DNA of 64,000 nt from Faecousia sp. GTDB lineage: Bacteria > Bacillota > Clostridia > Oscillospirales > Oscillospiraceae. Below are positions 41,453 to 50,104 of the stretch, piece by piece (the stretch's first letter is position 1; each line of letters begins with the position of its first letter). A program made the translations under genes and the position numbers. Location of the stretch: contig JAZUQE010000147.1 in NCBI GenBank assembly GCA_045605575.1, forward strand, positions 10,672 to 74,671. Direction: 5' to 3'. The notes below the pieces were generated by a model. The model made no database searches, was not told where the DNA came from, and worked only from the letters and a program-made list of their open reading frames with translations.

Positions 41453-42208
41453 TTACAGCCAAGCATCTACAGCGCAGCGGATCTTGCGCAGCAATGCTTC
41501 GTTCGGCGCGGAAAGTATATTGATTGACTGAGGAATATAATTTATGGGCTCCAGCTGAATACCGAGCAGAGTTTTTAGCCAAACACACGCCAAAACGTAT
41601 CTTCCATATTCAAAGCTCATATGGAAGCCGTCGCGGCAAAGAGAAAGGCCGCCGGACGGCACATGGAATTCCGGTAGCTGCCGAAGCTTTTGAATTACGG
41701 TACCGCTGGGGATCAAGCCGAGCTGATATTTCTCGGCCATTTGGGTATAGCAGCTATGCAGCTTCTCGTACATAAGCTGTTGGTTCCGGTTATACCGCAT
41801 AAAATTCCCGTGGGTGCTGGTATGCTCGTATGCCCAGGTTTCCTGTAAAAAAAGTTTGGCATTGGGAGCATGGTTATGCAGATAGTTGACCAGGAGGCCC
41901 AGGAAAGGTTCGTAGGAGCAGATCCAACCGCTGTCGTGGCTCGCCTGCTGGGTAACGATCACATCCCAGGAGCGCATTGCAAGTGCCTCCTGAATGGAGA
42001 TCATCCGTGCGCTCTTGATTCCGTTGTGGTGGTAGTTGTACGTTCCTTCCGTCTCAACATTTTGCCAGTGCTTTTCCAGAGGACATCCGCCTATATAGAG
42101 ATTGGTGATCTGAATATCCTCACCTGCCGCCACAGATAGTTGGTGCAAATATGCACAGGCATCTTCGGAAAAGCTGTTACCAATTGCTAAAACCTTCATT
42201 ACACTCAT
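41453..42208 (-). CDS. SGNH-like hydrolase (DUF4886-like), element cargo
   Basis: LAIGNSFSED, NLYIGGC.L..H, WD....QQAS, ETWAY, RDGFH. Confidence 0.8.
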   Translation of the reverse strand: MSVMKVLAIGNSFSEDACAYLHQLSVAAGEDIQITNLYIGGCPLEKHWQNVETEGTYNYHHNGIKSARMISIQEALAMRSWDVIVTQQASHDSGWICSYEPFLGLLVNYLHNHAPNAKLFLQETWAYEHTSTHGNFMRYNRNQQLMYEKLHSCYTQMAEKYQLGLIPSGTVIQKLRQLPEFHVPSGGLSLCRDGFHMSFEYGRYVLACVWLKTLLGIQLEPINYIPQSINILSAPNEALLRKIRCAVDAWL

Positions 42209-42535
42209 TTTGATCTTCCTTTTTATTCGAAATGATATTGTTTCAACATATGGAAGGTTATCGTTCTTGCTTTATGATTGTTCTATCGTGCTGAGTGGGT
42301 GCTACACCCATAACATGCATAAATACCCTGAAAAAAATGGTTATCCGGAATCCGTACGGAAAATGATTGTCTATCTCTGAATCGTCACACCAGCGATATC
42401 TCTTCAGAAGATATCATTAACGCGAATTATAACATAAAAAAAGTGCTATGTAAATATATTAGCAAGAATTCGGTAGACGATTGGTTCAAGCTAGAAATAT
42501 ACTTGTGTATGATCAATAGAAAGGATGGATGCGAA

Positions 42536-42712
42536 ATGCCTTTTCCTCCCGAACTTGTAAACGGGCACGGATTTACTGTGGAACACTGTGATCAAATCTT
42601 TACAAATGACGCGCAAAAACTACGGGTAATCCAGCAGATCGCTGCCAAGGTTTCCGAGATTTTCCAAAACACCTGCATAAATGCCGAAATTATTCACGAT
42701 GGAGAGGATTGA
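42536..42712 (+). CDS. Small 58-aa protein, candidate recombination directionality factor
   Basis: GAAAGGA upstream of ATG 42536; MPFPPELVNGHGFTVEHCDQIF...; overlaps the recombinase start. Function inferred from position only. Confidence 0.5.
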   Translation: MPFPPELVNGHGFTVEHCDQIFTNDAQKLRVIQQIAAKVSEIFQNTCINAEIIHDGED

Positions 42713-44177
42713 TGCCATATACGCCAGACAATCCGCGGACCGTGCAGACAGTATTTCCATCGAAAGTCAAATTGAATTCTGCACATATGAAACCCACGGC
42801 GGCCCGCATCAGATATACGCAGACCGTGGATATAGTGGTAAGAACACAGAGCGGCCGGAATTTCAGCGCATGTTGGAGGATATCAAAGCGGGCGCCATCC
42901 GGCGTGTGATTTGCTACAAATTAGATCGATGCAGCCGCTCGATCTTGGATTTTACTTCCTTAATGGAATTTTTTCAACAACATGCTGTGGAGTTCATTTC
43001 ATGTACAGAAAAATTCGATACATCCAGCCCGATGGGGCGGGCCATGCTGAATATATGCATTGTATTTGCCCAATTGGAGCGTGAGACTATTCAGCAACGT
43101 GTATATGATGCCTACCATGCCAGATGTAAACACGGTTTTTATATGGGCGGGAGAATCCCATTCGGTTATCAACTACAGCCGCATAGGATCGAAAACAAGA
43201 AAACAGCATGCTATGTGCCCGATCCTGTAGAAGCACCGCTTCTGCAAAAGCTTTACGGGCTTTATGCGGTTAGCAGCTGTTCCCTCTCTGATGTTTGCCG
43301 TTACATGCACGGGCAAAAACTCGAAAATCCGCGGCGAGCAGATGGACTTTGGATCCGAAGTCATGTGGGAAGGCTTCTTCGAAATCCGATCTATGTGAAA
43401 GCAGATCTTGCAGTTTACTATTTCTTTCAAGAGAAAGGAATACAGATCCACAATCCACCGGCAGATTTTATTGGAATCAACGGTTGCTATCTCTATGAAG
43501 ATAAGGCGGATCATACTAAACTTTTGGTTTTGGCACCGCACGAAGGAATTGTGGATTCCAGAACCTGGCTTTCCTGCCGAAAAAAGGGGCGGGCAGAAAC
43601 GGAATATCAGCAAACAGGAGTCAAATACAGTTGGCTATCCGGCCGGATTAAATGCGGGATTTGTGGCTATGCAATGATCGTGCGTAAAGTGCGGAATCAG
43701 GCTTGCTTTCGCTGCAGTATGAACGTAGAGTCCAAAGAACATTGTCATGGTGTGGGATCTTTCCCGGTTGAACAGGTGGAAAACAGCATACTTCCTGGGT
43801 TGAAGCGGAAATTGAATATGTTGGCTCTCTTCCCTATACAAGCATGTAAAAAATGGGATAAGGATCAGGCACGGATCCATATCCAAATAGCCTCTTTGGA
43901 AGAAGAATCAGCGGCGCTGGTGCGAAAGCTTCCGGACGCCAATCCTACGGTATATGCATATATTCAAAACCGGTTGGAGACCATTCGTGATGAATTAAGA
44001 TCGTATCTTCAACAGCTGGAAAAGGTCTGCAAACCAGATGATGCAGATCGTAAGCCACAGGACTACGCATGTCTGTGGGATGCGATGCCATTGAAGAAAA
44101 AACTGAAAATTGCACATTTGTTGATCCGGCGGATAACAGTGCATACGGACAAGATTTGCGTCGAATGGACCTTATAG
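42699..44177 (+). CDS. Large serine recombinase (SpoIVCA/CisA-like)
   Basis: YARQS catalytic Ser, D.GYSG....RP, KLDR.SR, AQLERE.I..R, GG..PFGY, L.NP.Y, zinc ribbon C..CG...C...C, coiled coil; alternative start at 42681. Confidence 0.95.
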   Translation: MERIDAIYARQSADRADSISIESQIEFCTYETHGGPHQIYADRGYSGKNTERPEFQRMLEDIKAGAIRRVICYKLDRCSRSILDFTSLMEFFQQHAVEFISCTEKFDTSSPMGRAMLNICIVFAQLERETIQQRVYDAYHARCKHGFYMGGRIPFGYQLQPHRIENKKTACYVPDPVEAPLLQKLYGLYAVSSCSLSDVCRYMHGQKLENPRRADGLWIRSHVGRLLRNPIYVKADLAVYYFFQEKGIQIHNPPADFIGINGCYLYEDKADHTKLLVLAPHEGIVDSRTWLSCRKKGRAETEYQQTGVKYSWLSGRIKCGICGYAMIVRKVRNQACFRCSMNVESKEHCHGVGSFPVEQVENSILPGLKRKLNMLALFPIQACKKWDKDQARIHIQIASLEEESAALVRKLPDANPTVYAYIQNRLETIRDELRSYLQQLEKVCKPDDADRKPQDYACLWDAMPLKKKLKIAHLLIRRITVHTDKICVEWTL

Positions 44178-44181
44178 GCAG

Positions 44182-44201
44182 CATGCTGTACCATTCGATG
44201 A
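44182..44201 (+). repeat. Right attachment junction
   Basis: CATGCTGTA followed by core CCATTCGATGA. Confidence 0.88.
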
Positions 44202-44640
44202 ACTGAAAGGCCTGCTGACGGATATTGGGACGGAAGAGCTGGGGCATCTGGAGATGATCGGGGCATTGGTGCATCAGCTGACGCGCAATCTTTCTGACGC
44301 ACAGATCCAGGACTCGGCATTTGCACCCTACTTTGTAGATCATACGGCCGGTGTGTATCCTACAGCGGCATCCGGATTTCCTTGGACAGCTGCAAGCATG
44401 CAGGTGAAGGGAGATCCCATGGCTGACTTGGCAGAAGATTTAGGTGCAGAGCAAAAAGCGCGGGTCACGTATGATAATATTCTTCGGCTTTCGGATGACC
44501 CTGATGTTAATGATGTGATCAAGTTCCTAAGAGAACGGGAAGTTGTGCACTTCCAGCGCTTCGGTGAAGCGGTGCAGCTGCTGCGTGAAAAACTGAACCA
44601 GAAAAACGTGTATTATATGAATCCGGCTTTCGACATTTAA
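44191..44640 (+). pseudogene. cotJC: cotJC 3' half
   Basis: PFDELKGLLTDIGTEELGHLEMIG...KGDPMADLAEDLGAEQKAR.TY...FLREREVVHFQRF; continues exactly where the 5' half stops. Confidence 0.95.
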
Positions 44641-44645
44641 AAAGA

Positions 44646-44673
44646 TGGCGCGCTGCTTTTCTGCAGCGCGCCA
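44646..44673. terminator. Hairpin between convergent cotJC and asnA
   Basis: TGGCGCGCTGC/GCAGCGCGCCA. Confidence 0.7.
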
Positions 44674-44684
44674 AAGTATATTGC

Positions 44685-45692
44685 TTATAGCAGTGGGATA
44701 CCTGCTTCTTCGCAGGCGCGGATAGTATCCGCATCCCAGATGCTGGATTGGACCTCACCGATATGGGCGCAGCCCATCATCAGCATACTTAGTCTGGACT
44801 GACCGATACCGCCGCCGATGGTAAGCGGCAGCTGACCTTCCAGGAGCATTTTATGGAAAGGCAATTCCCGTCTGTTGTTGCAGCCGGTAAGCGTCAGCTG
44901 CCTGTCAAGTGCCTCTTCGTCCACACGAATACCCATAGAAGAGATCTCCAAAGCTTGCTCCAGCACATCGTTCCAGAAGAAAATGTCACAGTTCAGATTC
45001 CAGTCATCATAGTCTGGAGCTCTGGTACCGTGGGGCTTACCGGAACGCAGCTTACCGCCGATCTGCATAATGCAGGTGGTAGGATGGTCTTTCACATAGG
45101 CGTTCTCCCGCTGATGTCCATCCAGATCCGGGTACATATCTTCCAATTCCTGGGTCGTGATAAAGGAAACGTCATCGGATAGCGTTACTCGCAGCTGGGG
45201 ATAACGGACGTGCAGGCGGTCATTGGTGTTACAGATAGCGCGGACTATCGCTCGAACGATCAGTTTCAAATAGTCCAGATTGCGGTTTTCCCGGGTGATG
45301 ACCTTTTCCCAGTCCCACTGGTCTACGTAAATAGAGTGGATATTATCCAGCTCTTCATCACGGCGAATGGCATTCATATCTGTATAAAGGCCGTTTCCAA
45401 CGGTAAAATGGTACCGTTTCAAAGCCAGACGCTTCCATTTCGCAAGGGAATGCACCACCTGCGCATTCGTACCCACCGCAGGGACATCGAAGCCTACAGG
45501 ACGTTCTACGCCGCTTAGGTTGTCGTTCAGGCCGGAATATTCATCTACAAAGAGCGGTGCGGATACGCGCTTTAAGTTCAGTGCTGAGGAAAACTCCTCT
45601 TGAAAAGACTGCTTGATATAAGTAATGGCCCGCTGGGTATCATAAGCATCCAAAACCGGACGGTATCCTTCCGGAACAATCACACGGTTCAC
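44685..45692 (-). CDS. asnA: Aspartate--ammonia ligase
   Basis: VVHSLAKWKR, DMNAIRRDE, YVDQWDWE, RAPDYDDW, TIGGGIGQSR. Confidence 0.96.
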   Translation of the reverse strand: MNRVIVPEGYRPVLDAYDTQRAITYIKQSFQEEFSSALNLKRVSAPLFVDEYSGLNDNLSGVERPVGFDVPAVGTNAQVVHSLAKWKRLALKRYHFTVGNGLYTDMNAIRRDEELDNIHSIYVDQWDWEKVITRENRNLDYLKLIVRAIVRAICNTNDRLHVRYPQLRVTLSDDVSFITTQELEDMYPDLDGHQRENAYVKDHPTTCIMQIGGKLRSGKPHGTRAPDYDDWNLNCDIFFWNDVLEQALEISSMGIRVDEEALDRQLTLTGCNNRRELPFHKMLLEGQLPLTIGGGIGQSRLSMLMMGCAHIGEVQSSIWDADTIRACEEAGIPLL

Positions 45693-45766
45693 TCCCCTAT
45701 CCCCTTTCAAAAATTAATGCTAACATTTTACACGGATATTATCAAAAATCAAGTGCTGATTTACAA

Positions 45767-46144
45767 TTATTTGCTGTCAGTTAGCGCAATTGCTTCAATT
45801 TCACACAGTACATTCTTTGGCAGAGTTTTTACGGCCACACAGCTGCGGGCGGGCTTGCCGGTAAAGAATTTTGCATAGACGGCGTTGAATGCGGCAAAGT
45901 CATTCATATCGGCAAGGAAGCATGTGGTTTTTATGACCTTCGTTAGGTCTGTTCCGCCAGCTTCCAGGATCGCCTGTACGTTTTTGCAGCTGCGCTCCGC
46001 CTGTGCTTCGATTCCTTCGGGAATCGATCCTGTGGCGGGGTCTACGGGGATCTGACCGGATGTAAACACAAATCCGTTGGCACAATAACCTTGAGAATAT
46101 GGACCAATAGCTCCGGGTGCATTGGTTGTTTCGATGACAGTCAT
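45767..46144 (-). CDS. ridA: RidA-family enamine deaminase
   Basis: AP.AIGPYSQ, SGQIP, KPARSCV.V..LPK..L.EIE. Confidence 0.92.
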   Translation of the reverse strand: MTVIETTNAPGAIGPYSQGYCANGFVFTSGQIPVDPATGSIPEGIEAQAERSCKNVQAILEAGGTDLTKVIKTTCFLADMNDFAAFNAVYAKFFTGKPARSCVAVKTLPKNVLCEIEAIALTDSK

Positions 46145-46149
46145 ATGGA

Positions 46150-47220
46150 TTACCTCTTTTCAGATTTGATTTTCCAGGTCTTCAGCAGTGCTTTTTCACT
46201 GCATGAGATCCGGTTGCTTTCTATAGCTTTTTGGATGGTTTTATTATGGATCCAGACAGGGAGTTTTCCTTCTTTCAGATATGCGGAGGCAGTGTCAAAA
46301 TGTTTGGAAAGTGCAGTTGCGAAGAACCAGGCGACCATCATCTGGACATAGTAATCTTCGTGATGAACTGAAGCAGCCAGTTCCATAGCAGTCGTAGTGA
46401 AGGGCGCCTCCAGATAAAAGCGCATCAGCATTCCGAGTGAGAATCGGACAGTATAGCTGTGGCGGTTGGAAAGCCAACGGCGGATATGAGGAAGCAGCTG
46501 TATCTGATTCCCGGTGAATACCTTCGGTACGATCAAATCACAGGTCGCCCAATTGTCCACATAAGGGAGAAAGGCATCTAGTGCAGAAATGGCTTCGGAA
46601 AAATCAGTCATTTGGGATATCAGGATCCCGTGCAGATTATCTTCTTCATAGAATTTGTGGGGCAGCTGATGGAGAAATGTTGCAGTATCGCAACTGGCAG
46701 AGAACTCAGCGGCAATCTTGCGGAGCGCAGGCATTCTGACACCAAGGATCTTCTCTGGGCTGACAGTAGGCATCAGCTTGCTGTGAAAGGCTTGGTAGCT
46801 GGTATCTGAGGAGCTGAGAAGCTGAGTTTGTAAGAAGCCGGTGACCTGCTTCAGCCTGGAAAGGATCTCCACATCCGCCGGGCAAAAATCAAAATCATCA
46901 ATTTCACCGGTCTGGATCCAGCGGATATCATGATGCTCCAGCATCTGGGGAACACCCTCGGAAATGACAGCGTGGTACAGGGTCAGTTGGACAGTCAGAT
47001 CCGGGTACTCGTGGGTCAATTCCATGAAGATGTGCCCGGGACGGACGGTAATTGCCAATTCCTCCTGGCATTCCCGAATCAGTGCTTCTTGATGGGTTTC
47101 ACCCGGTTCTACCTTACCGCCAACAAATTCCCATAATAAACCTCTGGCTTTGTGGGCTGGGCGCTGGCAAATCAAAAAGCGGTCGCCATCCCATATTAAA
47201 GTGGCAACTACATCGGTCAT
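46150..47220 (-). CDS. NUDIX (MutT/NudG-like) hydrolase fused to an AlkD-like DNA alkylation repair domain
   Basis: WEF.GGKVEPGET..EAL.RECQEEL (Nudix box); then GVR.P.LRK, VDNWATCD, YYV.M.VAW (AlkD-like). Confidence 0.85.
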   Translation of the reverse strand: MTDVVATLIWDGDRFLICQRPAHKARGLLWEFVGGKVEPGETHQEALIRECQEELAITVRPGHIFMELTHEYPDLTVQLTLYHAVISEGVPQMLEHHDIRWIQTGEIDDFDFCPADVEILSRLKQVTGFLQTQLLSSSDTSYQAFHSKLMPTVSPEKILGVRMPALRKIAAEFSASCDTATFLHQLPHKFYEEDNLHGILISQMTDFSEAISALDAFLPYVDNWATCDLIVPKVFTGNQIQLLPHIRRWLSNRHSYTVRFSLGMLMRFYLEAPFTTTAMELAASVHHEDYYVQMMVAWFFATALSKHFDTASAYLKEGKLPVWIHNKTIQKAIESNRISCSEKALLKTWKIKSEKR

Positions 47221-47284
47221 TGGAACATCCTCCAAAGAATAATGTAAGTATTATAATGCGTAGTTGCGGCATTGTCAACGCTGC

Positions 47285-47322
47285 AAAAAAAGAACCCGGC
47301 CGCTCCCCAGAGCAGCCGGGTT
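47285..47322 (-). terminator. Intrinsic terminator
   Basis: AACCCGGC/GCCGGGTT hairpin with a T-run on the minus strand. Confidence 0.7.
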
Positions 47323-47335
47323 TATAAAGACGAAA

Positions 47336-48787
47336 TTACACAACCAGGAAGAACTTGACCAAGAACAGAGCGGAGATCACATAAGTCAGAACGCTGACTT
47401 CCTTGAACTTACCGCTGAAGACCTTGATCAAGGTATAGGCGATCAGACCCAGGCCGATGGCATGGCCAATAGAGCCGGACACGGGCATTCCGATCAGCAT
47501 CAGAGTGACGGGAACTACCTGATCCAGATCATCCCAATGGATGTTCTTCAGACCCATGAGCATCAAAACGCCGACGTAAATCAGAGCAGCGGAAGTAGCT
47601 GCGGGAGGAATGATCGCGGCGATGGGGGCGATAAAAATGCAGGCCAGGAACAGAACACCAGTGGTCAGCGCGGTCAGACCAGTACGGCCGCCGGCTTCTA
47701 CGCCGGAAGCGGACTCAACAAAGGTAGTAACAGTGGAGGTGCCGGTGCAACCGCCGACAACAGTACCGACGGCGTCAGACAGCAGAGCTTCCTTCATGTT
47801 GGGCATATTACCCTTCTCATCTACCATGCCGGCACGAGATGCGGTGCCGACCAAGGTGCCAATCGTATCGAACATATCGATGATGCAGAAGGTGATGATC
47901 AGAGTGATAGAGGTGAACCACCCGATCTGCACAAAGCCTGCAAAGTTAAACTTAAACAGCGTTGTAGAAGCCATATCGGCAAAGGGAGGCAGGAAACTTG
48001 CGGTAGCCAGAGAAGCAAAGGGATTGGTACCCAGGAAGATCCACTGGCCAGCCCAGTAGACAACAGAAGCGACCAGCATGCCAAACAGAACAGCACCCTT
48101 GACGCCCTTCTTTGCCATGATTACGATGGCAAACAGGCCGATGAACATAGTAACAACAGTCAGAATCATGGCAGAATAACCACTGCCCATGGAAGTCTGT
48201 GCAACACTGGGAGTCAGAGTACCAAAGAAATCACGCATGACAAAGAAAGGTCCGCCGGTTTCGGAGTATACACCGGCATTGGAGCCCAGGCCGATATTCA
48301 TCAGCATCAGGCCAATGGCAGGAGCAATACCGAGGCGCACGCCCAGAGGGATGGAGTCAACGATCTTTTCGCGGATGTTGAAGAAGGACATGACAATGAA
48401 CAGAATGCCTTCGACCAGGATGATGACCAGTGCGGCCTGGAAGGAAGCAACATAAGTGGCGCCGGTCAGACCAACAATATTGGCCACAACGACAGCAAAG
48501 AAGCTGTTCAGACCCATGCCTGGAGCCATAGCAAAGGGTTTATTTGCCAGGAAAGCCATGCAGAACATACCGATGGCAGAGGCAATACAGGTAGCCAGGA
48601 AAATACCATTCCAGAGTGCGTTCAGATCTTCGGAACCATCAACACCAAATTTGAAGTTGGTCAGAAGATTGGGGTTCAAAGCGATGATGTAAGCCATGGT
48701 CATGAAGGTGGTTAGACCTGCGATGAGTTCTGTCTTTACATTCGTCTTGTTTGCGGACAGTTTGAAAATTTTCTCAAGCATTTTCAT
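47336..48787 (-). CDS. NCS2/AzgA-family purine permease (PbuG-like)
   Basis: AGLTTF.TMAYI, APGMGLN.FF, FDTIGTL, ESASGV..GGRTGLT. Confidence 0.92.
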   Translation of the reverse strand: MKMLEKIFKLSANKTNVKTELIAGLTTFMTMAYIIALNPNLLTNFKFGVDGSEDLNALWNGIFLATCIASAIGMFCMAFLANKPFAMAPGMGLNSFFAVVVANIVGLTGATYVASFQAALVIILVEGILFIVMSFFNIREKIVDSIPLGVRLGIAPAIGLMLMNIGLGSNAGVYSETGGPFFVMRDFFGTLTPSVAQTSMGSGYSAMILTVVTMFIGLFAIVIMAKKGVKGAVLFGMLVASVVYWAGQWIFLGTNPFASLATASFLPPFADMASTTLFKFNFAGFVQIGWFTSITLIITFCIIDMFDTIGTLVGTASRAGMVDEKGNMPNMKEALLSDAVGTVVGGCTGTSTVTTFVESASGVEAGGRTGLTALTTGVLFLACIFIAPIAAIIPPAATSAALIYVGVLMLMGLKNIHWDDLDQVVPVTLMLIGMPVSGSIGHAIGLGLIAYTLIKVFSGKFKEVSVLTYVISALFLVKFFLVV

Positions 48788-49005
48788 ACAACCTTTCTTT
48801 CGTTTTTGGGGTCTGGCTGAGAGTCATTTGGGATGCGTTCTGATTACTTGCGCTTCGCAGGCAACAGATATGTATATATTAACATTTTTTGGATAAATTG
48901 CAACAGATTTATGAAAAAAACTTTATTTTTAAAAAGTGCACAGGATGATATAGGTCAAATGTAAAGAAAAGGTCTGCATCTTAGTGATGCAGACCTTTGG
49001 ATCGA

Positions 49006-49881
49006 TCAATTACGCCGGGTGGTGAGGGTCAATGCCAATTCTTGCATATAATCCGTATCTTGAAATACCTGCAGCTGCTCGATAGCAAGGGCAGTATAAC
49101 GAGCAACCAGTTCTTCACATTTTTCAAGCCCATAGATACGGATGAAGGTGTTCTTATTAGCGTCGGTACCTACACCCTTTCCCATCTCTTCCTTAGTGCC
49201 AATCCGGTCCAGCATGTCATCACGGATCTGGAATGCCAGTCCGAGAAGCCCGGCAAACCGTGCAGCAGCGGCAATCTGCTCCTGGGTGCCGCCTCCGGCT
49301 ATCACGCCAAGGGTACAGGCTGCATTGATCAATGCACCGGTTTTACGCGACTGTACTGCCAGCACTTCTGCTTCCGTACACTCACGTTCTTCACTCAAAA
49401 TGTCCAGAACCTGACCGCCTACCATACCAAGAGAACCGGCACACTCGCTCAGAACACCAATGGCAAGGGCCAGTTGTCTGACATCGGATAATTCAGCGGT
49501 GGAAGCTACAGAAAAGGCATCCGTCAGCAGGGCATCTCCTGCCAGGACCGCCATGGCCTCCCCATACACCTTATGATTTGTCAGTCTGCCGCGGCGGTAG
49601 TCGTCATTATCCATGCAGGGCAAATCGTCATGGATCAAGCTGTAAGTATGGATCATTTCCACGGCTGCGGCAAAGGGGGCAGCATTTTGCCAGTCTGCGC
49701 CACACATGCGGCAAAACTCAAAGGCGAGGATCGGACGAAGCCGCTTGCCGCCTGCAAGCAGACTGTACTTCATGGCATCAAAGAGTATCTTTTGCGGTTC
49801 ATTGTCAAAACGAGCATACCAATCAGCCAGAAAAGAACTCACATGATCGATGTAGGTCTGACCGCGTTCCTTATGGTTCAT
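49006..49881 (-). CDS. ispA: Farnesyl-diphosphate synthase
   Basis: GGKRLRP, SLIHDDLPCMD.DD.RRG, FQIRDD.LD. Confidence 0.93.
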   Translation of the reverse strand: MNHKERGQTYIDHVSSFLADWYARFDNEPQKILFDAMKYSLLAGGKRLRPILAFEFCRMCGADWQNAAPFAAAVEMIHTYSLIHDDLPCMDNDDYRRGRLTNHKVYGEAMAVLAGDALLTDAFSVASTAELSDVRQLALAIGVLSECAGSLGMVGGQVLDILSEERECTEAEVLAVQSRKTGALINAACTLGVIAGGGTQEQIAAAARFAGLLGLAFQIRDDMLDRIGTKEEMGKGVGTDANKNTFIRIYGLEKCEELVARYTALAIEQLQVFQDTDYMQELALTLTTRRN

Positions 49882-50104
49882 CAGAAAAATCCTCTTCTAC
49901 AGGTTCTCCGTCCGGCCCGGACAGGATCTTCTTGACTTGAAGTTCTGCTTCATCCAGGAGCTTTCCGCAGTTTCTGACAAGCTCTGTGCCCTCCTGGAAA
50001 AGCTTTAAAGATTCTTCCAGGGCAACATCACCGCGCTCCATGGCACGTACGATCTGCTCTAAGCGCTGCATATTTTCTTCAAAGGTCTTGTTATTCTGAT
50101 TCAT
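49871..50104 (-). CDS. xseB: Exonuclease VII small subunit
   Basis: FEE....LE.IV..ME.G...LEESL..F.EG. Confidence 0.95.
   Translation of the reverse strand: MNQNNKTFEENMQRLEQIVRAMERGDVALEESLKLFQEGTELVRNCGKLLDEAELQVKKILSGPDGEPVEEDFSDEP

Larger units (their letters stand above)
39752..44201. mobile_element. cotJC-intervening serine-recombinase element (4,439-bp excisable unit)
   Basis: 11-bp direct repeat CCATTCGATGA at 39752-39762 and 44191-44201; the recombinase ends 13 bp before the right repeat; deleting between the repeats restores the cotJC frame. Confidence 0.93.

Noticed and set aside
39752-44201. Prophage, ICE or group II intron interpretation of the insert
   Set aside because: No structural, replication, relaxase or reverse-transcriptase genes; only a serine recombinase, a small ORF and hydrolases.
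44254-44640. 128-aa ORF as a standalone Mn catalase
   Set aside because: Starts at an internal Met after the EELGH ligand motif; it is the 3' half of the split cotJC.
47264-48715. 483-aa plus-strand ORF
   Set aside because: Antisense to the NCS2 permease; its Q/H/D-rich composition is the typical mirror of hydrophobic codons.
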